This document shows positions 30,016 to 42,900 of a stretch of 64,000 nucleotides of DNA, piece by piece; position 1 is the first letter of the stretch; every line of letters begins with the position of its first letter. The position numbers and the translations under genes were made by a program. Under the pieces are notes generated by a model. It saw only the letters and a list, made by a program, of their open reading frames with translations, was not told the DNA's origin and ran no database searches. This stretch comes from Amoebophrya sp. A120 (lineage: Eukaryota; Protista; Dinoflagellata). Location: NCBI GenBank assembly GCA_905178155.1, contig CAJINV010000025.1, positions 256,717 through 320,716 of the forward strand, in the 5' to 3' direction.

Positions 30016-33000
30016 ATGGTAGCATCTACCGACGAGCGTTCTTGTTATCAAATGCAAAAATGTCGGGGTCTGGATCTGGAAGGATGCAAGTTTGTCATGC
30101 TTGTCTGGCATGACTCGAAAATCTGTGTTGCATAGGCGCGAAAAATAAGCCCTCTTACCTGTCATACAAAAACGCAGTTTGCCATGCGGAATATGTACGA
30201 CATGATTGCAGCCAAAAAATTTGTCACGCATAGCTGCGTATTGCAGTGCGTCGATCATTCACTTTTAGCATTAACCCAGACCACATATTTGCAATCCATA
30301 CTTGCCCCGCACAACAAGCGGAACAAACCAAGCCCGGAAGTGCGGCGGACCCGAAAAGTCTGCCCAAGAACGAGGACCTGGAGCAAACTACCGATCTGTT
30401 GCAAGACAGTCCCCCGGGCTCCTGCGAGATCTCCGCCTCGCCGCGCCACGTCGAGGGGGAAATGCAGGCCAGCCCTGAGTCGACGTATTCATCTGCGGGG
30501 CACGAGGAGAAAGAAGAGATTGAAGGTGGCACCACCAGCCCGGCGGCCAAGAAGCGCAAGATGCAGGCCGCTACAGCGGAGGAGGAGTGTAGTACAACTA
30601 CGAAGAGTCCGAAGGAACTATCAAATGCAAAAATGTCTGGGTCTGGAAATAACTTGTGTTGCTGATACTTGCATTGCAAACTTGCTGCTTGTACGGCATA
30701 GCAGCATGAGAAAGTTCCCTCGGCATTCCTTGGGGATTTCATTCGTATTTAGCATGACAAACTACCATATCCAGCAAGACAAAAAAACTGGCCAATGGTA
30801 TTCATGCATTACAGATCTTGTTGTCCTTGAAGTCCTGCATCACAAATCCAGGCCCAGACATATTTGCATTTGATAGGAACTGATGGGGACGTATTTTCAG
30901 ACGAAGCTGAAAGGGCCGGTATGAATTGCAAAAGTATCGTACAACTCGTAGTTATAATTGCAGTCATGCATTGCAAACTCTTTTCTCAAAGGTAAATGTG
31001 CATTAGAAATTTTATTTCGTATGCTGAGGAAATTTGTAATGCCTTTATACGAGTACGATAGGATCGATACTTTTGCAATCCATAACCGGATAACTTCTAC
31101 CATCTGGGTTTGGATCAAGCAGATTCAAGGCTCAAGGGGCTGTTTGGCAACGTTCGCATGATCCTGATGATGGGGTCGGCTGACCGGGCGAAGAAGCTGG
31201 CGGAAAAGATCGACGTGAACTTCCCGATTCCGGAAGACCAGTTGGATTCTACCGTCCACGGCATCACCACTTCGAAGAAAGACGCTGAAACGAAGGAACG
31301 CTCCGTGGAAGACCTGTCGCGGGCGAAGGATATCAAAAGGAAAAATCCTCCCTCCCCATATTAAAGCCATGTCCTTCCGAAAATTTGTGATGCAGATTTG
31401 TGACCACAAATCCTGTCTGTCTTGCCAGAAGACAAATCTAAAGAGTCCGCCGCGATATGCAGGCGGTTTGTAATGCTGCAAGGCCTACAGGGCAGACGTC
31501 TGCCATGCTGGGTTCCTACACCAAAAGGCACCCCCTCACGCTTGCGATCTGCGTGCAGTGCTTTCCTGCAAGACAGGCGTGATTTGTGTACACAAATCCC
31601 GCATCACAGATTTCTGTTTTGATATGGGGAGGGGGGATTTTTCATTTTGATAAAGGACCGCGGGAGTTTGTTTGTCACGGGCTACTGCCCTATCAAGTGC
31701 AAAAGTGTCTGGGTCTGGAAGATTGCCAGGTTTGTTATGCATATTTTGCATACTTCATGGTCATGGTGCCTGTAATGCATGACCTAGCATCTTCACAGAT
31801 TTTTAACTCGCCTTCTGATGGTGCGTATTCCGCATTAGAAACGCCCACTCCGCGTAGCACAAACTGCACTCCTCTGGCGAGATCAAGCCTGAGGCTTTGT
31901 TCGTAAAGGGGGTGACTGTGGTTGAGGGGTAAAAAAGGTCATGCAATACAGATTTTTTTTTACCTTCCAAAGACAGCATCACAAGTTGCAACCTTCCAGA
32001 CCTCCAGACACTTTTGCATTTGATATGCCCCACCGAGCAGAAGAAGAATTGCGTTTTGATCTTCTCTCACGGGATGGGGAATGCGAGCACCAGCATTTTT
32101 ATCCCACGAAAAATTGTTTCACTGTGATGATTTTGCAAGATTTGGATCACAAGTTTTTTACACATGACAAAGAAAACTTGGCATGCGTGCGTCCTAAGGG
32201 AAAACACAGCTAAAAATCCAATGTCTTGCGTGTGTAGCAAGACAAACACATTTGTGTTCCGCTCTATGCATCACAAGTTTACAGTGAAACAGTTTTTTCT
32301 TGCGATAATTTTTTTGAACGAAATTACCAAGCTTCTGTTCTGGAGCGGCTGCGAGATGAAGAAGCTGGAAGCGCTGCGGATCGGCATATGACGGTGCACA
32401 ACTCTTCCTCCCCTGCAGTTGCCCTGCAGTTGTCATGCAAAACCCCAAATCCAGTCGCTTTCCTCCTGTGGCACTGTTTGCGTGACAAATTTCGAAAGGA
32501 GCCCAAACAGCACTACAGTAAGTACGTAAATTTGTAATGCACAATGTCCACGGTGGTCGCATCGCTGGCGTTTGTATAATTGTTGTTCATGCAATACAAA
32601 TGAGGGGGAGGGGGGTTGTGCACTGTCATGCGGCACTTGCGGTGGACTGAATGTGCCCGAGGGCACGGTGTGCATCACGGAGCGTATCACGAGAAAAAAG
32701 CGTTACAGTTACACATTGTGTTGCAAGCCCAGCATGACAGACAACCTCTGTTATGCCAGAAATGTATGCTCCTTCATCCGAGCTTCATTTCATGCGTGTT
32801 TTCCCTTATGCCCTGTGCATTGCAAGTTTTCCCTCTCATGCAAGGAAGATTTGTGTTGCTGAATTGACAACAGATGTGTAGTCACTGTAACACTTTTTTC
32901 ATCGGATAGAGCGAGCGATGGACGGACAAGAGGAATGGGGTTACGAGTTCACTTATGCACTACAAACATACGTTTGGAAGATTCAAACCTGTGATGCAGA

Positions 33001-34836
33001 TTCTGGAACAGACAAAAATCTGTATTGCGGAGCCAGCAGAAGATGCGCGAATCTTGTCTCCAGCAGAAGGCATGTCGCATGCAGACCAGGCATCATGGAG
33101 AAATAACCTCCGGAGAGTTTGTCATGCTCTGCGCGTATTCAAGACCTTTTTTCAGATGCAAAAACTGCATGACAATTTGTCGCAGCCCCAGACATGTTTG
33201 AAGTGCATATCACTGCCTTCGGGCAGAAGTTCCGCGATCCGGCTGACGCGGACAACAAGATGGTGGCGGAGCTGACGAAAATCGGGAAGGACATGCCGTT
33301 ATCCACTGCAAAAGTATCGTACTAGTAGAAATCGCATGCCAAGTTCCTCAGCATGAGGAATGACATCTGTAATGCGGATTTGACTTAACCGAAATAAAAT
33401 TTGTAAATGCATAAATGCGATTAGTACCAGTGCGATACTTTTGCAGTTCATAACCCTTTCCCTGCACCGTGGGCAACACCATGACGACCGATGATTACTA
33501 CCTCGGCCAGGGTCGCTTAGACGGTGCTTTGCTGCCCCCCGGTCATTTCAACCTCTCGTCTGGAGGCGGACGCGGAGGTACCAGCCCAGGCGATTATCAA
33601 ATGCAAAAGCATCGTACTAGTAGTAACCGCATTTACAAATTTGCTAAGCATGACAGAAGGAATTTCTCATGCTGATTTACCTTGAGAAAGAGATTTGTCA
33701 TGCATAAGTGCGATTACTACGAGTGCGATACTTTTGCACAGGATAGCGATGGTGCAGCAGCGATGAATACTAGCGAGATGAACCTCATCGACGAAAAACA
33801 GCAGAAGGAGTGGTTCGTGAAGCTGCACGAAAAACACGGAATCGTGAATATGGAGATGGAAGCCACGGGCATCTTAGCGTTTTTCCAGCGCTTGAAGATT
33901 CCCGCCGCGGTCATCGCAGTTGCGTTGCTGAATCGGTACAACGGTGACCATATCAAATGCAAAAATGTCTGGGTCTGGAAGATTCTGAGGCTTGTCATGC
34001 ATGTTTCACATGACCCAGGATGTCTGTAATGCACGACCTAGCATCACAGATTTTTAGAGGGCTTACTGCTGCCTACTCCGCATGACAAACACCCTCCCCG
34101 CGTAGCAAAAACTACACTGCTCTTGCTAGCCATGCAATACAGACGTTTTTAGAGTCCAAAGTTCGCATCACAAGTTCCAGACCCAGACATTTTTGCATTT
34201 GATAGACCAGCACAAGGTTTCCCGGGAGCAGATCAAGGCGTACTCGGAGCGGCACTTGGTATCCAAGAAAAAAACGTTGTTAGTATAACTTTGTGATGCG
34301 CAACATGCAAAATGATTGCGTCTGTCATGCTTGGCATGCGTCGTAGGCTCCATTAAAGGGCGTTATCACGTACTATCTGCGCATGACAGGTTTTTGCTGT
34401 CATGCGAGAGATATTTGTGATGCTAATCCTCCAAGAAAGTTACAGCTACAATGTTTTTTTCTTGGATACTTGGCCCTGGCCATGCAGTACCTGCACCAGC
34501 GCACCTATGGATGTGTCAGAGTTGAAATCGACAAAGTGGAAATAATTTGCCATGCATAAAATGCGACACAAAGAATGACTCTATTGCTGAAGGCGCAAGG
34601 GAGGCAGATTCTAGTGCTGGTAAGGGTCAAGAATTGGGCTGCTGACTAGCATGACAGAGAGCAGCCATCTTGCACTAAACAGCATGACAGACTTGCTTCA
34701 GAGGCTAGGAAAATTTGTCATGCGCCGATTGGAAACTGTGGGTCCAACTGGTATAGATTTTATGCATCACAAATTATTTCAACTTTGTTAATTTCAATCC
34801 TGACAGTTCCATAGCACCTTTGCGGTGTTGAAATGA
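30016..34836 (+). CDS. UPP: Uridine phosphorylase (eukaryotic UPP type), copy 1; 14 introners, no ordinary introns
   Basis: DNFYHLGL..ILMMGSADRA..VLIFSHGMGNAS..LRIGTCGG..GTVCITE..VGNTMTTDDYYLGQGRLDGA..GIVNMEMEA..VAVALLNRYNGDQ; TGA at 34834-34836. Confidence 0.92.
30046..30300. mobile_element. Introner, family A
   Basis: TSD CTTGT/CTTGC. Confidence 0.87.
30619..30875. mobile_element. Introner, family A
   Basis: TSD GGAAC. Confidence 0.9.
30920..31084. mobile_element. Introner, family B
   Basis: TSD GCCGG/ACCGG. Confidence 0.9.
31331..31652. mobile_element. Introner, family C
   Basis: TSD AAGGA. Confidence 0.9.
31691..32025. mobile_element. Introner, family A
   Basis: TSD TGCCC. Confidence 0.9.
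32100..32307. mobile_element. Introner, family D2
   Basis: TSD ATTTT. Confidence 0.9.
32387..32630. mobile_element. Introner, family E
   Basis: TSD CGGCA; restores RIG|TCGG. Confidence 0.9.
32685..32908. mobile_element. Introner, family D
   Basis: TSD GAGCG. Confidence 0.9.
32954..33209. mobile_element. Introner, family A-like
   Basis: TSD TCACT. Confidence 0.87.
33300..33452. mobile_element. Introner, family B
   Basis: TSD GCCGT/ACCCT. Confidence 0.87.
33595..33745. mobile_element. Introner, family B
   Basis: TSD GCGAT. Confidence 0.9.
33951..34204. mobile_element. Introner, family A
   Basis: TSD GACCA. Confidence 0.9.
34260..34468. mobile_element. Introner, family D3
   Basis: TSD CTTGG. 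Confidence 0.9.
34506..34813. mobile_element. Introner, family G (TIR TATGGA..TGTCAG..TTGAAAT), absent from UPP copy 2
   Basis: TSD GCACC; single GCACC at 44424-44428. Confidence 0.92.
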
Positions 34837-36059
34837 TTGAAGCTGCAATTTGAAGATAATAGATACTTCCACCAAGCGTGATATTTTTTTTTCTTTGTGA
34901 GCCAAGGGGAATTCGAATTTTTCATTCCATACGCAAACTTCAATACATTGGTTATACGAACTGAATCTTATCAAACACTACAAGAAGTAGTAGAAAAGGT
35001 GGGAGGAGCTGCACGGTGAGAACGGAAACTAGTATTTCCTTACGACCCACCGACCAGAGAGTTGTGGATGAATCTAGGCGCAATGAAAGACTTCTGTTGC
35101 GGCTGATGAAATGCAAGAACAAGTCCGATGTTGCTGAAAGACAACGCGATCTTTTTTATCTTCTATTTTTCTGTTTGTGGAGGACGATCATATTTGATTC
35201 ACTTATTTCTTTTCATTTGATTCTGTTTACAACAACCGAGGATGTTGACGCTCCAAATCCGAACACGCCCTAGATAAAGAAAAGACGAAGGAAGCACGTG
35301 GTGACGATAGATAAAGCGACATTTTGAATGATGCAAAGCTCGACTTTGTCGTGCACAAAGCAACTGTCTTTTTTGAAGATGTAATGGAAAGAACTTGCAT
35401 CGCAGGAAGATGTAATGCAAACAACTTTTATCATTTGCGAAAAAATGGAGAAAAGCGAAGATGATCATCGCTCGTAAATAGATATGAAGACCTACTACAG
35501 GCCTTTATCCAGTGCAAATTTATTTGTCGTGCAGAGTCTTCCAAGTAGGCGCGCGCGCATGTTCATCTCCGGAAATCCGGACCCCACGCAGAATGGTCTG
35601 CAAAAGCGAAGAGCGCCTGATCTTGATATCGAATGCAAATATGTCCGGGTCCGTATGGAAGAGTTGTGTGGCTCTCCTGTTTTTGCATCACGCAGAGGGT
35701 GTGGTATGCAAGACCTAGCATCTTCACATAAATCCAGAATAAAGTAAAATAGAAAGAAGATCGACTTTGAGCGCAAAATCGAAATCTAAATTAAACCGAA
35801 GGCAATATTAAGAAATTGACGCAGGACTCACTTCATTTTCAAAACAAACTACAAGTAGTGCTAGTTCAACTGAAGCCCACTTCTATCAATTGAGGTTCGA
35901 GCTGCGCCCTTTTATAATTTTCTACCTCGCAAGAAATAACAACGATGCGCATGCGTGTGATCTTCGACCACCTAAATCAATTTTATTGCGTTTTATTTTT
36001 CTCCGTCTCCCTTGCACACCAGTTGTATTAAACTACAAGGTAGCACAAGTAGAAAATAA

Positions 36060-37921
36060 ATGATGGTGGGACCACTACTTGCGACGCGAGGAGATGAAAA
36101 GTCTGCTGCGCCCCCTCTCGGTACTAGCAGTTCTGCTAGCGGTTTCCATGTTCACGCGGTGAAGAAGATCATTTTTTGCCCGCTTCTTCTCGGGTGCGCG
36201 CTCTTCTACTTCGTCAACGGGGCCGATCGTCCTCGGCGCCGTGCGTCCTCGGCGCGCGCCGTTCGTCCTCGACTCCGCGCAGCGCAGTCGACACTGGCGC
36301 GAAGATCGTCGTCGGCACCGGCCTATGAAATGCCAATATGTCTGGGTCTGGAAGGGTTGGAATTTCAGATGCTTTCTCTCATCTTCTCTCAACGGCCACA
36401 CAAAGATCTGCTATATCTATAAATAGAATATGCATGAACAGGAAATGCAAAACCTGTCCACTTTTGGCCACCGGGACAGAGGATTTCTCATGCAGAATAG
36501 GCATTGCAAAGCCGTCGCAGAAGAAGAAGAACCTATGTTCTAGTGCCGGGCTCGAGAATGATCCAGAGGACCTTCTGGGCGGCCATACAAAACCTGCGTG
36601 ACTACATTTTCCAGACCCAGACATATTTGCATTTGATAAGGCCACTAGAAGTACTAGCTCTGCTGGTGCGGTCGTCCCGACGGCGGGCGGCAGGCGTGCT
36701 TCCAAAAGGTGGAGCATGGGAGAAGATACTAGTAGCCGCGTGACACCTTTTTTACCGCCCCGCGACCTCGCGCAGTGGTCAGTGGCTGCAGGGATGATGC
36801 ACCAAGTCGCGAGGCCGCGGCTTGCCTGGCTGCAGAGCCTTCAGCAAAACGCGGACCCAGAATGGACCAAGGACGAGAAGCGCCGCGGGGAGCCCTTTCC
36901 CTCGAGCCTGGAATTTCTGAAGACCGCGATCAAGCTCTGGACCAATGCGGAATACGACACTTCGCACGAGCAGCGCAATTCGATTGTGGCGACATATGGT
37001 GAGCCCGACACGTGGAACGTCTCAGACGCGTTGCGCGCACGGAGAGGCGGGCGGCTCCGATTTCGTTTTGATTTTTGCAGCAATACCCCTCCAGCAGGGC
37101 AAGACTTACCTATGTCGTGGGGACTCTGCTTTCATTCCTCGTTCAGCGTCACAAACTGGCGAGTGACCGGCGTGGAAAGCTTGGAACGCATGTTCGAGGA
37201 CATGCGTGGCCTTTCCTTTCCGCTCTTCTGGGATGTATCTCAGGTTACAAACATGGACGGGATGTTTCAAGGCAGCGACTTCAACCAGGATCTCAACACT
37301 TGGAAAGTCGATGCTGTTACAACCATGCGGTCTATGTTCCACGACGCCTCTAACTTCAACGGTGATCTCAGCCGCTGGGACGTGCGTTCTGTTACAGACA
37401 TGAGCCATATGTTCCGTGGCGCCCAGAATTTCAACAGGGATCTCAGCAGATGGAACGTGAGTGCTGTTACAGACATGAGATCGATGTTCGAGGACGCCTC
37501 GAACTTCAACGGTGATCTCAGCCGCTGGGACGTGCGTTCTGTTACAGACATGAGCCATATGTTCCGTGGCGCCCAGAATTTCAACAGGGATCTCAGCAGA
37601 TGGAACGTGAGTGCTGTCCAAAATATGAGAAACCTGTTTTTCGAAGCGAGCACGTTTAACCAACCCATTGACGCATGGGGAGAGAAGATTGCGCTTGGGA
37701 CGGATTTGTCGGGGATGTTCGGCGCGCATGTGAACAACCCTGGCACTGCGTTCAACCAAAGCTTGAGAAGCTTTGAGCCGTTGATCAGCGAAGCCTCCTC
37801 TCGCACCTACAAAGATATGCTTTTGGGCGCGACGAGTTTCGATTGGGGTGCAAACTTCAGCAGAAATTTTTTATCACAGCGGGAAGGACGGGAGGTGCTG
37901 AGGCTACTAGGGCGAAGATAA
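36060..37921 (+). CDS. DUF285/BspA-type 25-aa repeat protein, copy 1, with signal-peptide-like segment and F-box-like motif; 1 introner (36324-36638)
   Basis: Repeats like WDVRSVTDMSHMFRGAQNFNRDLSR; exon 1 has IIFCPLLLGCALFYFVNG; frame joins after introner removal. Confidence 0.85.
36324..36638. mobile_element. Introner, family A, shared with 53907-54226
   Basis: TSD CGGCC/AGGCC. Confidence 0.9.
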
Positions 37922-39595
37922 ACTTCTATTAAAGATCCTTGCTTTTGGTTTTGTCTCCTCTCGCCTAAAGCAGCGCGAGGTCCTCTAGTTTTCTGTAGAT
38001 CGCTGTTGCTATCCTCCCTCGCCTCCTTGGCTAAACAGATACTTTTGTTTTTCCACAATATCAGGAACGATCGGCATTAAAGCAGCGCAGCCCGAGTAGC
38101 TTAGAACTTTCTACTAGACTAATCGGTCGCACTTGTAAAGTTGTAGAACTCTCAGAACTCTTCATGTATCTATATGTGCAATCTATAAACCGCTCACTTT
38201 GCCCTGCTTGCATCTACAGCCTACGAGGAAGAAGGAATTATGATGTTACAGCATTCGGATCAGCAACGGAAATGGGCCACGGTGCAGCTTCTTACACTTT
38301 TCTTTCTGGAAAATAGTCTTCACTGCTTTCGTAAAAATCCTGGGAGGTGATGCAATGAAGAAAAAAAGAAATACTGGAATGGAAAGAAGTATTTTTCCTT
38401 GTATAATAATGTATGATTGGTGTATGATTGGTGTATAATAATGTATGATGGAGATGATGTATGATTGGTGTATTGAAAAAAAAAAAACAGCCAGATGTGT
38501 AGAGCAAGATGGAAGCGAAGTCGTCGTTGGACTCATACACTTGTTCACTCCGCCGATCGAATCGGTGTCGACTTGAGTAACTACGTCCTCGGAGCATGCA
38601 TGCATAGGCATACGGCATACCCCACCACCCCCCCCGACGTTACGTTAGTACCTGGGTTAGAACGTCTCGATTTTTGTTGGGCAGACTCCTAATGCAAACG
38701 CATCGGTTGATGTCCGCCGTTTCTGGAAGTCGTCGGTCGGTGATCGGTCTATCGATCCCTGAACGCTGCCGTGTGCAGTTTGAGTTCTATCAGACAAGAA
38801 CGTCAAGGAGACGGTATTCCGCAGTTTTTGTTGAGGATCATAACGACGACGTAGACGAAGCGAGAGCTGCAGCGATAGAACTCAAGCGGTAGATGATACT
38901 CGCGAACCCACGGGCAACATACCTCGAAGGCAGGAGGACAAAGACAAAGAAGCAGTCCGAAAACAACTCTGGGGTTGCGGCGGCCATCAAGCGGTGACAT
39001 TTTGAAACGCCTCGAAGTAGATCAGCAGCGTGCGATATCTGATCCGATGAGCATTGAAGGTCCCAGCTTCGAAGTTCAGCAGCGTCCGATGGATATCTGA
39101 TCGATCTTCAGCATCGAAGGTCCCAGCTTCGAAGTTCAGCAGCGTGCGGGTCAATGTCTGATGCTGGTTTTTTGCAACAGCGGATGATTCTAGTTTTCTG
39201 TGCAGCAGCAACCGTTTCCAAGCCTGAAATAAAAGCGTCGGCAAGGCATACGTAAGTAGTCTGGTGAGGAACTACGAATCACTCTCGTTTGGTCCTTTGT
39301 AAGTCGTATTTTCACATGCACTCTCCCCCACCTTCATCCCGCTCATTGTGCTTTTTACGAAAATTTAAATTATATCCAAAATTACGACAGGACGCTTTTT
39401 TACTTTTCCATCTGCCTAGATCAATCTTGCAACTACCATGCCTGCGGAGCGCAGTACTTATTAATCTCTGTACGTAGAAGTTTCCCCGCAAGATAACCAC
39501 CTTCAGCTTTTGCGCCCAACAGACTCCGACCGTGATAGCACCGCACGGGTGAAGAAAATTATTATACCCATATTTTTTACTGTAGAACGTTTTGT

Positions 39596-39902
39596 TATGG
39601 ATGTGTCAGAGTTGAAATCGACAAAGTTGAAATAATTTGCCATGCATAAAATGGATGCCAGTTGGAACCCAGTTTCCAAGTGGCGCATGACAAATTTCGG
39701 TGGTCCCTAAATCCAGTTTGTCATGCTGTTTAGGCAAAGAAGAGCGATTTTCTCATGCTACTTTAGCAGCTCGATCTGTAGCCCCAAACAGGCTGACAAT
39801 CGGCCTCACTTGCCTGCTCTGCAACACACGTACCTCGGGTCATGCATTTTATGCATTACAAATTATTTCAACTTTGACGATTTCAAACCTGACACTTCCA
39901 TA
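39596..39902. mobile_element. Introner, family G, just upstream of the UPP copy 2 ATG, absent from copy 1
   Basis: TSD TTTGT. Confidence 0.88.
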
Positions 39903-39951
39903 TTTGTTTTCTATTTCTTGTGTCTCTTCGAGCAGGGTCGTGAAGAAGAAG

Positions 39952-42900
39952 ATGGTAGCATCTACCGACGAGCGTTCTTGTTATCAAATGCAAGAAAAGT
40001 GTCTGGGTCTGGAAGGATGCAAGTTTGTCATGCTTATGATCTGGCATGACTCGAGAATCTGTGTTGCATAGGCACGAAAAAGCCCTCTTACCTGTCATGC
40101 AAGAACGCAGTTTGCCATGCGGAAGACGTACGACACTGCAGCCAAAAGATTTGGCATGCATAGCTGCGTACTGCAGTGCGTCGATCATTCACTTTTAGCA
40201 TTTTTAACCCAGACCACATATTTGCAATCCATACTTGTTCCGCACAAGCGGAACAAACCAAGCCCGGAACTGCGGCGGACCCGAAAAGTCTGCGCCACGA
40301 GGACCTGGAGCAAACTACCGATCTTTTGCAAGACAGTCCCCCGGGGTCCTGCGAGATTTCCGCCTCGCCGCGCCAGGTCGAGGGGGAGATGCACGCCAGC
40401 CCCGAGCCGACGTACTCATCTGCGGGGCACGAGGAGAAAGAAGAGATTCAAGGTGGCACCACCAGCCCGGCGGCCAAGAAGCGCAAGATGCAGGCCGCTA
40501 CAGCGGAGGAGGAGTGTAGTACTACGAAGAGTCCGAAGGAACTATCAAATGCAAAAATGTCTGGGTCTGGAAACTTGTGTTGCTGATACTTGCATTGCAA
40601 ACTTGCTGCTTGTACGGCATAGCAGCATGAGAAATTTCCCTCGGCATTCCTTGGGGATTTCATTCGTATTTAGCATGACAAACTACCATATCCAGCAAGA
40701 CAAAAAAACTGGCCAATGGTATTCATGCATTACAGATCTTGTTGTCCTTGAAGTCCTGCATCACAAATCCAGGCCCAGACATATTTGCATTTGATAGGAA
40801 CTGATGGGGACGTATTTTCAGACGAAGCTGAAGGGGCCGGTATGAATTGCAAAAGTATCGTACTCGTAGTTGTAATTGCAGTCATGCATTACAAACCTTT
40901 TTCTTAACGTAAATCCGCATTGCAAATTTTATTTCGTATGCTGGGGAAATTTGTAATGCATTTATACGAGGTCGATACAACTTTTGCAATTCATAACCGG
41001 ATAACTTCTACCATCTGGGTTTGGATCAAGCAGATTCAAGACTCAACGGGCTGTTTGGCAACGTTCGCATGATCCTGATGATGGGGTCGGCTGACCGGGC
41101 GAAGAAGCTGGCGGAAAAGATCGACGTGAACTTCCCGATTCCGGAAGACCAGTTGGATTCTACCGTCCACGGCATCACCACTTCGAAGAAAGACGCTGAA
41201 ACGAAGGAACGCTCCGTGGAAGACCTGTCGCGGGCGAAGGATATCAAAAGGAAAAATCCTCCCTCCCCATATTAAAGCCATGTCCTTCCGAAAATTTGTG
41301 ATGCAGATTTGTGACCACAAATCCTGTCTGTCTTGCCAGAAGACAAATCTAAAGAGTCCGCCGCGATATGCAGGCGGTTTGTAATGCTGCAAGGCCTACA
41401 GGGCAGACGTCTGCCATGCTGGGTTCCTACACCAAAAGGCACCCCCTCACGCTTGCGATCTGCGTGCAGTGCTTTCCTGCAAGACAGGCGTGATTTGTGT
41501 ACACAAATCCCGCATCACAGATTTCTGTTTTGATATGGGGAGGGGGGATTTTTCATTTTGATAAAGGACCGCGGGAGTTTGTTTGTCACGGGCTACTGCC
41601 CTATCAAGTGCAAAAGTGTCTGGGTCTGGAAGATTGCCAGGTTTGTTATGCATATTTTGCATACTTCATGGTCATGGTGCCTGTAATGCATGACCTAGCA
41701 TCTTCACAGATTTTTAACTCGCCTTCTGATGGTGCGTATTCCGCATTAGAAACGCCCACTCCGCGTAGCACAAACTGCACTCCTCTGGCGAGATCAAGCC
41801 TGAGGCTTTGTTCGTAAAGGGGGTGACTGTGGTTGAGGGGTAAAAAAGGTCATGCAATACAGATTTTTTTTTACCTTCCAAAGACAGCATCACAAGTTGC
41901 AACCTTCCAGACCTCCAGACACTTTTGCATTTGATATGCCCCACCGAGCAGAAGAAGAATTGCGTTTTGATCTTCTCTCACGGGATGGGGAATGCGAGCA
42001 CCAGCATTTTTATCCCACGAAAAATTGTTTCACTGTGATGATTTTGCAAGATTTGGATCACAAGTTTTTTACACATGACAAAGAAAACTTGGCATGCGTG
42101 CGTCCTAAGGGAAAACACAGCTAAAAATCCAATGTCTTGCGTGTGTAGCAAGACAAACACATTTGTGTTCCGCTCTATGCATCACAAGTTTACAGTGAAA
42201 CAGTTTTTTCTTGCGATAATTTTTTTGAACGAAATTACCAAGCTTCTGTTCTGGAGCGGCTGCGAGATGAAGAAGCTGGAAGCGCTGCGGATCGGCATAT
42301 GACGGTGCACAACTCTTCCTCCCCTGCAGTTGCCCTGCAGTTGTCATGCAAAACCCCAAATCCAGTCGCTTTCCTCCTGTGGCACTGTTTGCGTGACAAA
42401 TTTCGAAAGGAGCCCAAACAGCACTACAGTAAGTACGTAAATTTGTAATGCACAATGTCCACGGTGGTCGCATCGCTGGCGTTTGTATAATTGTTGTTCA
42501 TGCAATACAAATGAGGGGGAGGGGGGTTGTGCACTGTCATGCGGCACTTGCGGTGGACTGAATGTGCCCGAGGGCACGGTGTGCATCACGGAGCGTATCA
42601 CGAGAAAAAAGCGTTACAGTTACACATTGTGTTGCAAGCCCAGCATGACAGACAACCTCTGTTATGCCAGAAATGTATGCTCCTTCATCCGAGCTTCATT
42701 TCATGCGTGTTTTCCCTTATGCCCTGTGCATTGCAAGTTTTCCCTCTCATGCAAGGAAGATTTGTGTTGCTGAATTGACAACAGATGTGTAGTCACTGTA
42801 ACACTTTTTTCATCGGATAGAGCGAGCGATGGACGGACAAGAGGAATGGGGTTACGAGTTCACTTATGCACTACAAACATACGTTTGGAAGATTCAAACC

